This document shows, in pieces, positions 9,850 to 22,991 of a stretch of DNA of 64,000 nt. This stretch comes from an uncultured Caulobacter sp. (GTDB taxonomy: Bacteria; Pseudomonadota; Alphaproteobacteria; Caulobacterales; Caulobacteraceae): assembly GCA_964601775.1 (NCBI GenBank), contig CAZRPD010000004.1, positions 2,687 through 66,686 on the forward strand, written 5' to 3'. The translations under genes were made by a program, and so were the position numbers. The stretch's first letter is position 1; every line of letters starts with the position of its first letter. Under the pieces are notes generated by a model. It was not told the DNA's origin. It saw nothing but the letters and a program-made list of their open reading frames with translations, and ran no database searches.

Positions 9850-10065
9850 CTAGCCTTCCGGGGCCTTGGGCGCTTCCGGCAGCTTCGGCGCGTCCGGCAG
9901 CTTCGGGGCCGAGGCCGAGATGTCGACGTCGATGCTCTTCTTCTGGGTCAGCCCGCCCGAGAACATGAAGAAGGCGAGCACCGCCACGATCACCACCAGA
10001 CCGCCGACGATGAACGCCAGGCCGCTGTTGCCGCCGCCGCTGTTGCTGCTGGTTCCTTCAGCCAT
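9850..10065 (-). CDS. Small membrane protein (71 aa)
   Basis: Reads MAEGTSSNSGGGNSGLAFIVGGLVVIVAVLAFFMF, followed by PKLP repeats. It is divergent from uvrD. Confidence 0.45.
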   Translation of the reverse strand: MAEGTSSNSGGGNSGLAFIVGGLVVIVAVLAFFMFSGGLTQKKSIDVDISASAPKLPDAPKLPEAPKAPEG

Positions 10066-10187
10066 GAGAGGTCTCCCGCCTTGCGGCTATGTTTCCAATG
10101 GCAGATCAACGGTACGCGAGCACGGAAGTTCCGTTTTCGGCGCGTGGCGGGGCTTAAGCTCCGCGCGGTTTGTGCTACATATGTTCC

Positions 10188-12587
10188 ATGTATCCCGATG
10201 ACGACTCGGCCTTTCCGGGCGACCTCCCCTCTCCGCGCATCTCCGACCTGGCCCGGCCGCAGCCGCCGGCCCATGGCCACGCCATGCCGAACTATCTGGA
10301 GGGGCTGAACCCCGAGCAGCGCGAGGCGGTCGAGACCACCGAAGGCCCGCTGCTGGTCCTGGCCGGCGCCGGCACCGGCAAGACCCGGGTGCTGACCACC
10401 CGCCTGGCCCACATCCTCGCCACCGGCCGCGCCCGGCCGTGGGAGATGCTGGCCGTCACCTTCACCAACAAGGCCGCCCGCGAGATGCGCGAGCGGATCA
10501 CCCACATCATCGGTCCGGAGGCCGAGGGCCTGCGCTGGCTGGGCACCTTCCACTCGGTGGCCGCCCAGATCCTGCGCCGCCACGCCGAGCTGGTGGGCCT
10601 GAAGTCGAACTACACGATCATCGACACCGACGATAACGAGCGGCTGCTCAAGCAGCTGATCGAGGCCGAGAACATCGACGCCAAGCGCTGGACGCCGCGC
10701 ATCCTGTCGGGCCTGATCGACACTTGGAAGAACCGCGGCTGGACGCCCGATCGCGTGCCGGTCAGCGAGGCCGGCGAGTTCGCCAACGGCAAGGGCATCA
10801 GCCTGTATCGCCAGTATCAGGAGCGCCTGCGCATCCTGAACGCCTGCGATTTCGGCGACCTGCTGCTGCACAACATCACCCTCTTCACCGGCAACCCGGA
10901 CGTGCTGGAAGATTTCCAGCGCCGCTTCAAATACGTGATGGTCGACGAGTACCAGGACACCAACGTCGCCCAGTATCTATGGCTGCGCCTGCTGGCCCAG
11001 GGCCGGCAGAACGTGTGCTGCGTCGGCGACGACGACCAGTCGATCTATGGCTGGCGCGGGGCCGAGGTCGACAACATCCTGCGGTTCGAGCGCGACTTCG
11101 CCGGCGCCAAGGTCGTGCGCCTGGAGTGCAACTACCGCTCGACCGAGCACATCCTGGCGGCGGCGTCCGGACTGATCACCGCCAACAAGGGCCGCCTGGG
11201 CAAGACCCTGTGGACCCCGGCCAAGGGCGGCGAGAAGGTCAAGGTCAGCGGCGTCTGGGACGGCGAGGCCGAGAGCCGGATGATCGCCGACGCCATCGAG
11301 CAGGCCAAGCGCGGCGGCCGCCGCTACAACCAGATGGCCATCCTGGTCCGCGCCTCGTTCCAGATGCGCGCCTTCGAAGAGCGGTTCGTGCTGCTGCAGA
11401 TCCCCTACAAGGTGGTCGGCGGTCCGCGGTTCTTCGAACGGGCCGAGATCCGCGACGCCCACGCCTATCTGCGCCTGATCCAGTCGCCGGACGACGACCT
11501 GGCCTTCGAGCGCATCGTCAACACCCCCAAGCGCGGCATCGGCGACACCTCGGTGCAGAAGCTGTTGCAGATCGCGCGGCTGGGCGGGATTTCGACCGTC
11601 GAGGCCGCCCGCCAGATCATCGCCAGCGACGAGCTGCCGGCCCGCACGCGCACGGCGCTGTCCAACTTCATCCGCGACCTGGACCGCTGGCGCTCGATGA
11701 TCGGCAATATCCACCACCAGCGCCTGCTGGAAACGGTGCTGGAAGAGAGCGGCTATACGGACGCCCTGCGCCTGGACAAGGGTCCGACCAGCCAGACCCG
11801 GCTGGAAAACCTCAAGGAACTGGTCCAGTCGATGGCCGCCTTCGAGACGCTGGAAGCCTATCTGGAGCACGTCTCGCTGGTCATGGACCTGGACCGCGAG
11901 GCCACCGGCGACGCCGTCTGGATCATGACCTTGCACTCGGCCAAGGGCCTGGAATTCCCGCTGGTCTTCCTGCCCGGCTGGGAAGAAGGCGTGTTCCCTA
12001 GCCAGCGCAGCATGGACGACAAGGGCGAGAAGGGCCTCGAGGAAGAGCGTCGCCTGGCCTATGTCGGCATCACCCGCGCTCGCGAGGAAGCCCGGATCAG
12101 CTTCGTGGCCAACCGGCAGGTCTATGGGCGCTGGACCAGCCAGCTGCCCAGCCGCTTCGTCGACGAACTGCCGCTGGCCCACGTCGATGCGGGGTCGGAG
12201 ACCGGCTATTACGGCGGCGGGCCGGGCATGCAATCGACCGCCCCCTCGCGCTGGGACGATACGGGCGGGTCGACCTTCCAGGGCGGCAGCTATGACAGCC
12301 CCGGCTGGAAGCGCGCCCAGGAACGCACGGCGGGGGTGTCCGACAAGGGCGGCGCCTGGCGCGGCGTCCGCAGCGGCTCGGCGGCGCGCTCTGCCCCGAT
12401 CGAAGGCCAAGGCCGACTGGTGGCGGTCTCGGCCCCGACCAACAGCGCCTATTCCCGCGGCGACCGCGTGTTCCACGTCAAGTTCGGCTACGGCAAGGTC
12501 GCCGGCATCGAAGGCAACAAGCTGACCGTGGCCTTCGACAAGGCGGGCGAGAAGAAGGTCATCGACAGCTTCGTGGAGAAGGCTTGA
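10188..12587 (+). CDS. uvrD: UvrD/Rep-family ATP-dependent DNA helicase. Start uncertain: 10188 or 10284.
   Basis: Contains LNPEQREAVETTEGPLLVLAGAGTGKTRVLT, VDEYQDTN, the helicase motifs through VTLHSAKGLEFPLVF and RRLAYVGITRA, and a C-terminal KFGYGKV tail domain. Confidence 0.92.
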   Translation: MYPDDDSAFPGDLPSPRISDLARPQPPAHGHAMPNYLEGLNPEQREAVETTEGPLLVLAGAGTGKTRVLTTRLAHILATGRARPWEMLAVTFTNKAAREMRERITHIIGPEAEGLRWLGTFHSVAAQILRRHAELVGLKSNYTIIDTDDNERLLKQLIEAENIDAKRWTPRILSGLIDTWKNRGWTPDRVPVSEAGEFANGKGISLYRQYQERLRILNACDFGDLLLHNITLFTGNPDVLEDFQRRFKYVMVDEYQDTNVAQYLWLRLLAQGRQNVCCVGDDDQSIYGWRGAEVDNILRFERDFAGAKVVRLECNYRSTEHILAAASGLITANKGRLGKTLWTPAKGGEKVKVSGVWDGEAESRMIADAIEQAKRGGRRYNQMAILVRASFQMRAFEERFVLLQIPYKVVGGPRFFERAEIRDAHAYLRLIQSPDDDLAFERIVNTPKRGIGDTSVQKLLQIARLGGISTVEAARQIIASDELPARTRTALSNFIRDLDRWRSMIGNIHHQRLLETVLEESGYTDALRLDKGPTSQTRLENLKELVQSMAAFETLEAYLEHVSLVMDLDREATGDAVWIMTLHSAKGLEFPLVFLPGWEEGVFPSQRSMDDKGEKGLEEERRLAYVGITRAREEARISFVANRQVYGRWTSQLPSRFVDELPLAHVDAGSETGYYGGGPGMQSTAPSRWDDTGGSTFQGGSYDSPGWKRAQERTAGVSDKGGAWRGVRSGSAARSAPIEGQGRLVAVSAPTNSAYSRGDRVFHVKFGYGKVAGIEGNKLTVAFDKAGEKKVIDSFVEKA

Positions 12588-12591
12588 GGCT

Positions 12592-12695
12592 GTGCGTCCT
12601 TCGAGGCTCGCCTACGGCTCGCACCTCAGGATGAGGAATTCAGTAAGAAGCCCCTCATCCTGAGGCGCCCGCGCAGCGGGCCTCGAAGGACGCAC
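12592..12695. repeat. REP-like intergenic palindromic element, and the probable uvrD terminator
   Basis: The 16-nt arms GTGCGTCCTTCGAGGC / GCCTCGAAGGACGCAC enclose an inner CCTCAGGATGAGG / CCTCATCCTGAGG hairpin. The element starts 5 nt after the uvrD stop. Confidence 0.7.
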
Positions 12696-12748
12696 CGCCT
12701 CGCAACCTGAGCGCAGAACCAAACCGCCCCTTCGCGCGCTATGCCGAT

Positions 12749-13240
12749 ATGGACCAGCGGATCGCAAACATCCTCGCCAGCCTGAAGGCCTTCGCCCTCA
12801 CCCGCCCTGTCGCCTATGGAGCGCCGGCCTGCGCCTTTGTCGGCGCCCTGGCGGGGCTGGCGATGCAGACCGGGCCACAGACCGCGGGCCCCGCCCCCGA
12901 CATGGCGCCGGTCATGGCGTCCTACGAGAACACGGCCGAGCCGACCTCGTGGCCGGCCGGCAAGATCCCCGACTATGTGATCGGCCAGGACTTCCTGCAG
13001 AGCCAGGAGCCGCCGCCGCCGGTCGAGTTCGCCGACTATCCGCTGCCGCCCGAGCCCGAGGTCCCTCCCTACGTCCCCGCCACCCATGGCCCGGCCACGC
13101 CGCCTCAGGCAGAGGCCGCGCCGCGCTGGGCCTCGGCGCGCGGCGACATCCTGGACACCTCCCTGCCCGAGGACCGCGTGTCCCAGCCTGCTCCCATGGT
13201 GATGGCTGACGCCGCCGCCACCGGCATGACCACGCGCTGA
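12749..13240 (+). CDS. Hypothetical Pro-rich membrane-anchored protein
   Basis: 163 aa. It has an N-terminal hydrophobic segment (PACAFVGALAGLAM) followed by a Pro-rich low-complexity region. It is co-directional with prmA. Confidence 0.5.
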   Translation: MDQRIANILASLKAFALTRPVAYGAPACAFVGALAGLAMQTGPQTAGPAPDMAPVMASYENTAEPTSWPAGKIPDYVIGQDFLQSQEPPPPVEFADYPLPPEPEVPPYVPATHGPATPPQAEAAPRWASARGDILDTSLPEDRVSQPAPMVMADAAATGMTTR

Positions 13241-13279
13241 AGGCTCGCTTTTTTGGTCCGTTCCGTCTAACGGAGCCGC

Positions 13280-14146
13280 ATGACCGACTATACGCCCCAG
13301 CAGATCGTCGCCCGCGGCGCGCGCGCCGAAGCCGAGACCGCCGCCGACGCCATCGACAACCATCCGGGCCTGGAAGGCGCGACCTACTCGATCCTGGAAG
13401 AGGACGAGGACAAGGGTATCTGGCGCATCGACGCCTTCCCCACGACCGACGATGAAGACGCCGGCCTGATGGCGCTGCTGGCCGACTACGACCTGAAGGT
13501 TCATCGCGACACCCTGGCCGACGCCGACTGGCTGGCCATGGCGCTGTCGGGCCTGCCGCCGGTGCGCGCCGGCCGCTTCTTCGTCTACGGCATGCACGAC
13601 CGCGGCCGCTTGCCGGCCAGCACGGTCAACCTGCGCATCGAGGCCGGCGCGGCCTTCGGTACCGGTCACCACGGCACCACCGTCGGCTGCCTGCAGGCCT
13701 ATGACCGCCTGATCAAGGCCCGCAAGTTCAACAAGGTGCTGGACGTCGGCGCCGGCACAGGCCTGCTGGCCATCGCCGCCGCCCGCACCGGTTCGAAGCT
13801 GGCCGTCGGCACCGACATCGACAAGCCCAGCGTGCGGATCTCCAAGGAGAACGCCCAAGTCAACAAGGCCAACGCCCGCTTCGTCCACGCCTCGGGCCTG
13901 TCCAACAAGCTGGTCGCCGAGAACGCCCCCTACGACCTGGTGTTCGCCAACATCCTGGCCCGCCCGCTGATCAGCCTGGCCCAGGACATCAAGCGCGCCC
14001 TGGTCCCGGGCGGCACGGTCATCCTGTCGGGCCTGCTGCGCACCCAGGAACGCATGGTCAAGGCCGCCTATCTGTCACGCGGCTTCAAGGTCGTGACCCG
14101 CATCCACCGCGACGCCTGGGCGACGCTGGTCCTGCAGCGGCCGTAG
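13280..14146 (+). CDS. prmA: Ribosomal protein L11 methyltransferase
   Basis: 288 aa. Reads [20 protein letters not shown]...[17 protein letters not shown]...DLVFANILA. Confidence 0.88.
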   Translation: MTDYTPQQIVARGARAEAETAADAIDNHPGLEGATYSILEEDEDKGIWRIDAFPTTDDEDAGLMALLADYDLKVHRDTLADADWLAMALSGLPPVRAGRFFVYGMHDRGRLPASTVNLRIEAGAAFGTGHHGTTVGCLQAYDRLIKARKFNKVLDVGAGTGLLAIAAARTGSKLAVGTDIDKPSVRISKENAQVNKANARFVHASGLSNKLVAENAPYDLVFANILARPLISLAQDIKRALVPGGTVILSGLLRTQERMVKAAYLSRGFKVVTRIHRDAWATLVLQRP

Positions 14147-14158
14147 GTCTTTCCTGTT

Positions 14159-14189
14159 CGCATGGGGAGGATTAAATCCTCCCCATGCG
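14159..14189 (+). terminator. Perfect 14-bp stem / 3-nt loop hairpin after prmA that contains the next gene's ATG
   Basis: CGCATGGGGAGGAT-TAA-ATCCTCCCCATGCG. The 3' arm includes the ATG at 14185, and the 5' arm includes a GGAGGA. Confidence 0.55.
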
Positions 14190-15996
14190 CCAAACCTTCG
14201 ACGAATCCACCGACCCGTCCTTCGGGCCCAAGCACGTTCCGCTGATCCGCGCCGCCATGGCCGCGCAGGGGCTGGACGGCTTCCTCGTGCCGCACGAGGA
14301 CGAGCACCAGAACGAATACCTGCCCGCCGCTAACGACCGCCTGGCCTGGGCCAGCGGCTTCACCGGCTCGGCCGGGGCGGGCGTGATCCTGAAGGACCGC
14401 GCCGCCGTGTTCGTCGACGGCCGCTACACACTGCAGGTTCGCGATCAGGTCGACCAAGGCGTGTTCGAGATCCGCGACCTCGTCGAGGGCGGCGTGCCGG
14501 CCTATCTGGAGACCGCCGAGCGCGGCGCGGTCATCGGCTACGACGCCCGCCTGCACAGCCCGGCCGCCCTGGATGGCCTGAGAGCCGCCGCCGCCCGCGC
14601 CGGCGCGGTGCTCAAGCCTGTGGCCGCCAACCCCGTCGACGAAGCCTGGGGCGAGGCCCGCCCCGCCCAACCCATGGCCCCCGTCGTGCCGCACCTCGTC
14701 GAATACGCCGGCGAGGAGTCCAGCTCCAAGCGCGCCCGGGTCGGCGACGTCGTCTCGGCCTTGGGCGCCGACGCCACGGTGATCACCGCCCCGTCGTCCA
14801 TCGCCTGGCTATTCAATGTGCGCGGCGGCGACGTCATCCGCTCGCCGTTACCGCTGGCGCAGGCGATCCTCAACGCCGACGGCACGGCGCGGCTGTTTGT
14901 CGAGCCGGCCAAGGTCTCCGAGGCCCTGCCCGCCTGGCTGGGCAACCAGGTCTCGCTGGAGACGCCGGACAAGCTGGCCGAAGCGCTGGGCGACCTGTCG
15001 GGCAAGAGCGTGCTGGTCGACCCGACCCAATCCTCGGCCTGGTATTTCGACATGCTGGCCGCCGCCGGCGCCAAGGTGGTGCGGGCCATGGACCCCTGCA
15101 CCCTGCCGCGCGCCTGCAAGAACGATATCGAGCTGGACGGCACGCGCGAAGCGCACAAGCGCGACGGCGCCGCCCTGACCCGCTTCCTGCACTGGCTGGC
15201 CACCGACGGCCAAGTCAGCCCACCGGACGAAAAGGAAGCCGTCGCCAAGCTGGAGAGCTTCCGCGAAGCCACCGGCGTGCTCAAGGATCTGAGCTTCGAC
15301 ACCATCGGCGCGGCCAACGGCCACGGCGCTCTGCCCCACTATCGCCCGACCGAGCGCAGCAATGAACGCGCCGCGCTGGGCTCACTGCTGCTGGTCGACA
15401 GCGGCGGCCAGTATCTGGACGGCACCACCGACGTCACCCGCACAGTGGCGATCGGTGAACCTTCGCCCGAGATGGTCAACCGCAACACCCTGGTGCTGAA
15501 GGGTCACCTGGCCATCGCCCGCCTGCGCTTTCCGGCCGGCACCACCGGCTCGGCCATCGACGCCCTGGCGCGGATGGCCCTGTGGGCGCACGGCCTGGAC
15601 TATGACCACGGCACCGGCCACGGCGTCGGCGTCTATCTGGGCGTCCACGAAGGCCCGCAGCGGATTTCCAAGGCCCCCAACGTCATCGCCCTGCAGCCGG
15701 GCATGATCGTCTCCAACGAGCCTGGCTATTACAAGGACGGCGAATACGGCATCCGCATCGAGAACCTGGAGGTCGTCATGCCGGCCGAGCCGGTGGCCGG
15801 CGGCGATCGGCCGATGCACCGGTTCGAGGCGCTGACCCTGGCCCCGATCGACCGGCGGCTGGTGGACAAGGCGCTGCTGACGCCCGAGGAGGTCGCGCAG
15901 TTCGACGCCTATCACGCACGGGTGCTGCGCGAGATCGGCCCGCGGGTCGAGGCGGACGTGCGGGCGTGGCTGGAAGAGGTCTGCGCGCCGCTTTGA
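14185..15996 (+). CDS. Aminopeptidase P / Xaa-Pro aminopeptidase (M24B, long form)
   Basis: 603 aa. An N-terminal creatinase-like domain is followed by the pita-bread metal ligands in VDSGGQYLDGTTDVTRT...HGTGHGVG...SNEPGYY...IRIENL. Confidence 0.88.
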   Translation: MRQTFDESTDPSFGPKHVPLIRAAMAAQGLDGFLVPHEDEHQNEYLPAANDRLAWASGFTGSAGAGVILKDRAAVFVDGRYTLQVRDQVDQGVFEIRDLVEGGVPAYLETAERGAVIGYDARLHSPAALDGLRAAAARAGAVLKPVAANPVDEAWGEARPAQPMAPVVPHLVEYAGEESSSKRARVGDVVSALGADATVITAPSSIAWLFNVRGGDVIRSPLPLAQAILNADGTARLFVEPAKVSEALPAWLGNQVSLETPDKLAEALGDLSGKSVLVDPTQSSAWYFDMLAAAGAKVVRAMDPCTLPRACKNDIELDGTREAHKRDGAALTRFLHWLATDGQVSPPDEKEAVAKLESFREATGVLKDLSFDTIGAANGHGALPHYRPTERSNERAALGSLLLVDSGGQYLDGTTDVTRTVAIGEPSPEMVNRNTLVLKGHLAIARLRFPAGTTGSAIDALARMALWAHGLDYDHGTGHGVGVYLGVHEGPQRISKAPNVIALQPGMIVSNEPGYYKDGEYGIRIENLEVVMPAEPVAGGDRPMHRFEALTLAPIDRRLVDKALLTPEEVAQFDAYHARVLREIGPRVEADVRAWLEEVCAPL

Positions 15997-16001
15997 AGAT
16001 C

Positions 16002-16113
16002 CTCCCCCGCGATGCGGGGGAGGTGGCCCGGAGGGCCGGAGGGGGCTAATGCGGCCTAAGTCCAGTTTGCCCCCTCAGTCGCTCCGCGACAGCTCCCCCG
16101 CATCGCGGGGGAG
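16002..16113. repeat. REP-like element built from two mirrored CTCCCCCGC-N3-GCGGGGGAG hairpins
   Basis: The hairpins are at 16002-16022 (loop GAT) and 16093-16113 (loop ATC), with GGAGGGGGC...GCCCCCTC between them. The element lies in a convergent intergenic gap. Confidence 0.7.
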
Positions 16114-16130
16114 CATCTAAGAGGCGCCCG

Positions 16131-16547
16131 CTACTTCAACCGCGTCCACTTCTGCGTCTTGCACAGCGGCGCGACGATGCAGCCCTTCAGCTTCAGCTCA
16201 TTATCGCTGACCAGCTCGATCGTGCCCGAATAGGTGCCGCCGTCCTCGGGGTTGTAGACCTTGCCGCCGGTCCATTTGGTCGGGCCGCCGGTGAAGTCGT
16301 ACAGCATCTGCAGGCCCTTCAGCGGACGGTTGCGCTGGGCCTCGTCCTTGTTCTTGACGTCCTTGCGGGCCGGATCGGCCTTGATCGGGGTGGAGGTCAC
16401 CAGCTTGCCGCACAGGCTGTTGCCGCAGCGGGCGATCTCGACCTGGCCGCCGTTGCTGGGCGTGGCCCACAGGCCGGTGACGTCGGCGGCGAAGGCCGGG
16501 CCTGCCAACACGGCGAAGGCGGCGGCGATCATGGCGGTGCGGATCAT
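16131..16547 (-). CDS. Exported DUF2147 domain protein
   Basis: 138 aa. The signal peptide is AFAVLAGPAFA. The family pattern is GLWATPSNGGQVEIARCGNSLCGKLV...GGKVYNPEDGGTYSGTIEL. Confidence 0.75.
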   Translation of the reverse strand: MIRTAMIAAAFAVLAGPAFAADVTGLWATPSNGGQVEIARCGNSLCGKLVTSTPIKADPARKDVKNKDEAQRNRPLKGLQMLYDFTGGPTKWTGGKVYNPEDGGTYSGTIELVSDNELKLKGCIVAPLCKTQKWTRLK

Positions 16548-16654
16548 TCGGTAACTCCCTAGTCGGTCTCACGCATTCGAATGCGCGTTTGAGCCCATTC
16601 GTTGCGTCATCCCGCCATCTGGGACAAGAGCCGCGGCGAAAACGAGGCCGAGAT

Positions 16655-20790
<4,136 letters not shown>

Positions 20791-21067
20791 CCGGCCGTTT
20801 CCATCGGTTTGATTTGGTTGAGGAAAATAATAGTCCGTTCCGCCTGTGTAGGAATTGTGCAGATAAAAATCTGCACGAGGCGGCTGGACGCGACCGACCT
20901 TGGCAATTCCTATCGGTTCTCGCTACGGCTGACGACAGCCGATTGCGCCAGAGGCGAGGCGCGGTCGTCATAGGCCTTCCGCCCGTCCGTACTTATGGAC
21001 GCCGTCAGCCGCGACCGCAGTTCTACACGGAAGAGCCTGTTTCAGTCCAAAGGCCCCGGTCCAACTC

Positions 21068-21271
21068 TCAGCGGCGAGGCCAGCGGCGCTCCAGAACGAG
21101 ATAGGCGACGATCGCAGCCCCGGCGATGACGTTCCACATCACCGACCAACCGAACCATAGGTCGCATATCATGCTCGCCATGATGCCGGCGATGCTGACA
21201 AGGGGCAGGGCAAGCAGCGCGTCCCGCCGCCGCAAAGGCCCCTCGCGTTTTCCGGCCAACCAGGCTCTCAT
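21068..21271 (-). CDS. Small two-TM membrane protein coupled to the XRE regulator
   Basis: 67 aa. Reads LLALPLVSIAGIMASMICDLWFGWSVMWNVIAGAAIVAYLVL. Its ATG overlaps the stop of 21268..21705 (ATGA). Confidence 0.45.
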   Translation of the reverse strand: MRAWLAGKREGPLRRRDALLALPLVSIAGIMASMICDLWFGWSVMWNVIAGAAIVAYLVLERRWPRR

Positions 21272-21705
21272 TCGGCCGCCGGCTTCGAAAGGGCATTATC
21301 GTGTTGGTCGTTGGCCGCGATGACTCGGACCATATCAACCAACGCTCTCCTGACGCTCTTTCTGCGGATGGCGACATAGGCTTCGGCAAGCGCGTGGCCG
21401 TTGGGGTCAGAAAGCAACGCCTCAAACACCTGGCTCCAGGCCCGTGTGTAGTTCTCGCCGTCCACCGTGCTTGTATCGTCCAGCCCCTGATAGAAAAATC
21501 CGACCGGGACCTGTAACTCGCGGGCGATCTCATAAAGTTTCGAAGCGCTAACGCGGTTTGCGCCGCGTTCGTATTTCTGCACCTGCTGGAAGGTCAGACC
21601 GAGGGCTTCGGCCAAGCGCTCCTGGCTGAGCCCGAGTTGCTTGCGGCGCAGCCGCACGCGTTGCCCCACATGAACGTCTATGGGATTCGGTGTGTCTGTC
21701 GTCAT
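21268..21705 (-). CDS. XRE-family HTH transcriptional regulator
   Basis: 145 aa. The HTH_3 pattern is VGQRVRLRRKQLGLSQERLAEALGLTFQQVQKYERGANRVSASKLYEIAREL. Confidence 0.85.
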   Translation of the reverse strand: MTTDTPNPIDVHVGQRVRLRRKQLGLSQERLAEALGLTFQQVQKYERGANRVSASKLYEIARELQVPVGFFYQGLDDTSTVDGENYTRAWSQVFEALLSDPNGHALAEAYVAIRRKSVRRALVDMVRVIAANDQHDNALSKPAAE

Positions 21706-21891
21706 GTGGGCCTATCTCCAGCAAGGCCAAGTCGAAGCCGCCATGCTCGGGCCGGCGGTATGAGCGCCAATCAACTACCACGCGCAGGTAAGCAAAACAC
21801 AAACTATCAGTCATCCCGCAACCACTATGGGTCGCTCATCGCCGGGCGCTCAAGGTGTTTGGCTCTGTCTCGCGAATCGCGGGGAGAGACT

Positions 21892-22218
21892 GTGAGCCTT
21901 CAGAAGTCCGTTGGACGCGCTATCCGAGTACACCGGGAACGCGCGGGCCTCACACAAGCGATGCTGGCGGAGGCGGTCGGACTGACGGAGCAATATATCG
22001 GCGTGATCGAACGTGGCGTTCGGGCGCCGAGCTTCAAGACGCTGGATGCGCTCGCGCGAACCCTCAAGACCCCGGTGCGGGACTTCTTTCCGCATCCGCT
22101 GGCGCCAGACCATCCGGACGAGGCGCTTTCCGACGTGATCAATCTGCTCGGGTCGCTTCCGGCGGACGAAAAGAGCCGCGCCTTCAAGGTTCTCCAGTCC
22201 ATGTTCAGCCGAGCGTGA
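21892..22218 (+). CDS. XRE-family HTH transcriptional regulator (about 108 aa)
   Basis: The GTG at 21892 is preceded by GGGGAGAGA. Reads SLQKSVGRAIRVHRERAGLTQAMLAEAVGLTEQYIGVIERGVRAPSFKTLDALARTL. It is divergent from 21268..21705. Confidence 0.75.
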   Translation: MSLQKSVGRAIRVHRERAGLTQAMLAEAVGLTEQYIGVIERGVRAPSFKTLDALARTLKTPVRDFFPHPLAPDHPDEALSDVINLLGSLPADEKSRAFKVLQSMFSRA

Positions 22219-22263
22219 AGGCATGGCTGCGGCGCTATCTACCGATGCGCTTCCTCCGACCGA

Positions 22264-22962
22264 CTAGCGGGCCTTCGTCGCCGTGGCGCCAGCGCCCTTC
22301 GGCGGCGGTAGGTTGAGCGAACACCGCTGCGGCTTGCCGGTCTTCGTCGCGGTCGTCCGGCAAGCGTCCACGGCCTCGCGGTTCTCGGCGATTAGGCCCG
22401 TGTCAGCGTCGAGGCGCGCCCACGCCGCCGGATTGCCCGCCTTCATCAGATCCTCGCCGGCTGTCCAGCGATCCTCGCGCATGACCAGCGCCGCCGCCAG
22501 CGTGTTCAGGCCGAACGGCAGGACGCTGGCGATCAGCGGCGCCAGGACGAGCCCGACCGCGAAGGCGATCCCGCCGGTCCAGCATAGAAGCTTGAACTGC
22601 CGGTCCTGCGCCCAGGCCTGGCCGACGATGCCCGCCAGTTTGGACCGCTCCTCCTCCATCGTGCGGACGGCTTGGTCCAGGCGCTGCGCCGTCTCGCGGA
22701 TGAGGTTCTGTCCGGACTTGGCGATGGCTTGGCCCTGCGCCTCGGGCGACGTCATCAGAGCCGGCGATTTGAGGATGCCCCCGAGCTGCTCGCCGATCTC
22801 GTCCAGGCCCTTGCCGAGCACGGCGAGGTCGGCGCTGTAGTCGGCGGGCCGGTTCTCGCGGATCGCCGCCGGCAGGGCCTCGACCGCCCGGCGCAGCACC
22901 GACACCTCGCTCCGCAGGTCCTCGAACGCCTGGGCGGGATCGCCCGCATGTTCCTCCGCCAT
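22264..22962 (-). CDS. DUF6118-like relaxase-associated membrane protein
   Basis: 232 aa. It has a coiled-coil N-terminal half and a TM segment, FKLLCWTGGIAFAVGLVLAPLIASVLPF. It lies immediately downstream of traA in the same orientation, as is common for this family as I recall it. Confidence 0.55.
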   Translation of the reverse strand: MAEEHAGDPAQAFEDLRSEVSVLRRAVEALPAAIRENRPADYSADLAVLGKGLDEIGEQLGGILKSPALMTSPEAQGQAIAKSGQNLIRETAQRLDQAVRTMEEERSKLAGIVGQAWAQDRQFKLLCWTGGIAFAVGLVLAPLIASVLPFGLNTLAAALVMREDRWTAGEDLMKAGNPAAWARLDADTGLIAENREAVDACRTTATKTGKPQRCSLNLPPPKGAGATATKAR

Positions 22963-22991
22963 CCTCGGCTCCCGTCCTTATCGCGCCCGGC

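Noticed and set aside
16572-16585. A perfect 14-bp palindrome, CGCATTCGAATGCG, between the exonuclease and DUF2147 genes
   Set aside because: It is plausibly a short terminator or operator, but it is a single copy and I know of no matching regulator motif. It is noted only.
20791-21067. Candidate att direct repeats at the island ends
   Set aside because: Only short shared strings were found by eye. TTGATTTG occurs at both ends. GCAGGTTC is shared between the tRNA-like T arm and 61.09 kb. A loose CCGG(G/T)CCAAC match to the tRNA-like 3' end lies near 21.05 kb. Eight-mers like these can occur by chance, so no att site is claimed. A computed repeat search is needed.
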